Below are positions 63,554-64,000 of a stretch of DNA of 64,000 nt, piece by piece. A program made the position numbers and the translations under genes. A model generated the notes under the pieces. That model was not told where the DNA came from. It saw only the letters and a list, made by a program, of their open reading frames with translations, and searched no databases. Position 1 is the stretch's first letter. Each line of letters starts with the position of its first letter. The DNA is from the human T2T-CHM13v2.0 reference genome, Homo sapiens: assembly GCF_009914755.1 (NCBI RefSeq), contig NC_060933.1; one strand, given 5' to 3'.

Positions 63554-64000
63554 GAAGCCTTTTATTTCAACGGCTTCATGTGCTGCTCCTTTACGGAGCC
63601 CTCCCAGCAGTTAGCAGTAAGCACTGACCCTCTCGTGGTGGAATTCCAAACACCTGTTACCCCAAGCAGCTTGGTGTCATGGGAAGTGACTGAACTGACT
63701 CTGCCATGAGCTTGCAGAGGGCTCCTCAGGCCAGAACCTTGGGCAGGGCTCGGAACATTTCTGGACCCAGCTTTCTCCAAATGTAAAACAAAAGGCTTGA
63801 ACTCAATGACCCCTGAAGAAGGTAGGTTCCCTTTCTTTTCAAATGTCCTTTGTAGAATTTGTGCAATTTTGAAAGCCCCTCCGGTATTCTCCTCTGTGAG
63901 GCTTCCAGGGGCGGGAGGGGTGGGACCCTGCTGGTAAGACCCCATGGGAGGGCTGGGAGGGGGGCAGGCCATAGAATTTGAGACAAGTGGGCCGGGCACG

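Overview
Primate (human-like) genomic DNA carrying the 3' three-quarters of the intron-containing ASS1 gene (argininosuccinate synthase 1; human 9q34 from recall) on the + strand. Twelve coding exons (exons 5-16 in the 16-exon numbering) join in frame through GT-AG introns to give 1065 nt, residues V59 to K412 plus TAG. The protein matches human ASS1 as I recall it, with no lesion seen. The last exon has an ATTAAA signal followed by (GT)16, and a candidate distal AATAAA lies about 1.07 kb further on. The introns are GC-rich with MIR, L2, MER and MLT relics and few Alus, and contain about ten AT-rich, unique, homeobox/TALE/SOX/TCF-motif-dense islands that look like developmental enhancers. The flank from 45.5 to 60 kb is Alu/L1-dense and holds a full-length antisense SVA with a 16-bp TSD and fossil templated-insertion scars. 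I find no second protein-coding gene, RNA gene or CRISPR array, and nothing I can call a new biological system. The best leads are the enhancer-like islands (possibly serving a neighbouring gene) and the locally templated insertions at 54.2-56.6 kb. Repeat family names are from recalled consensus sequences, not a database search.
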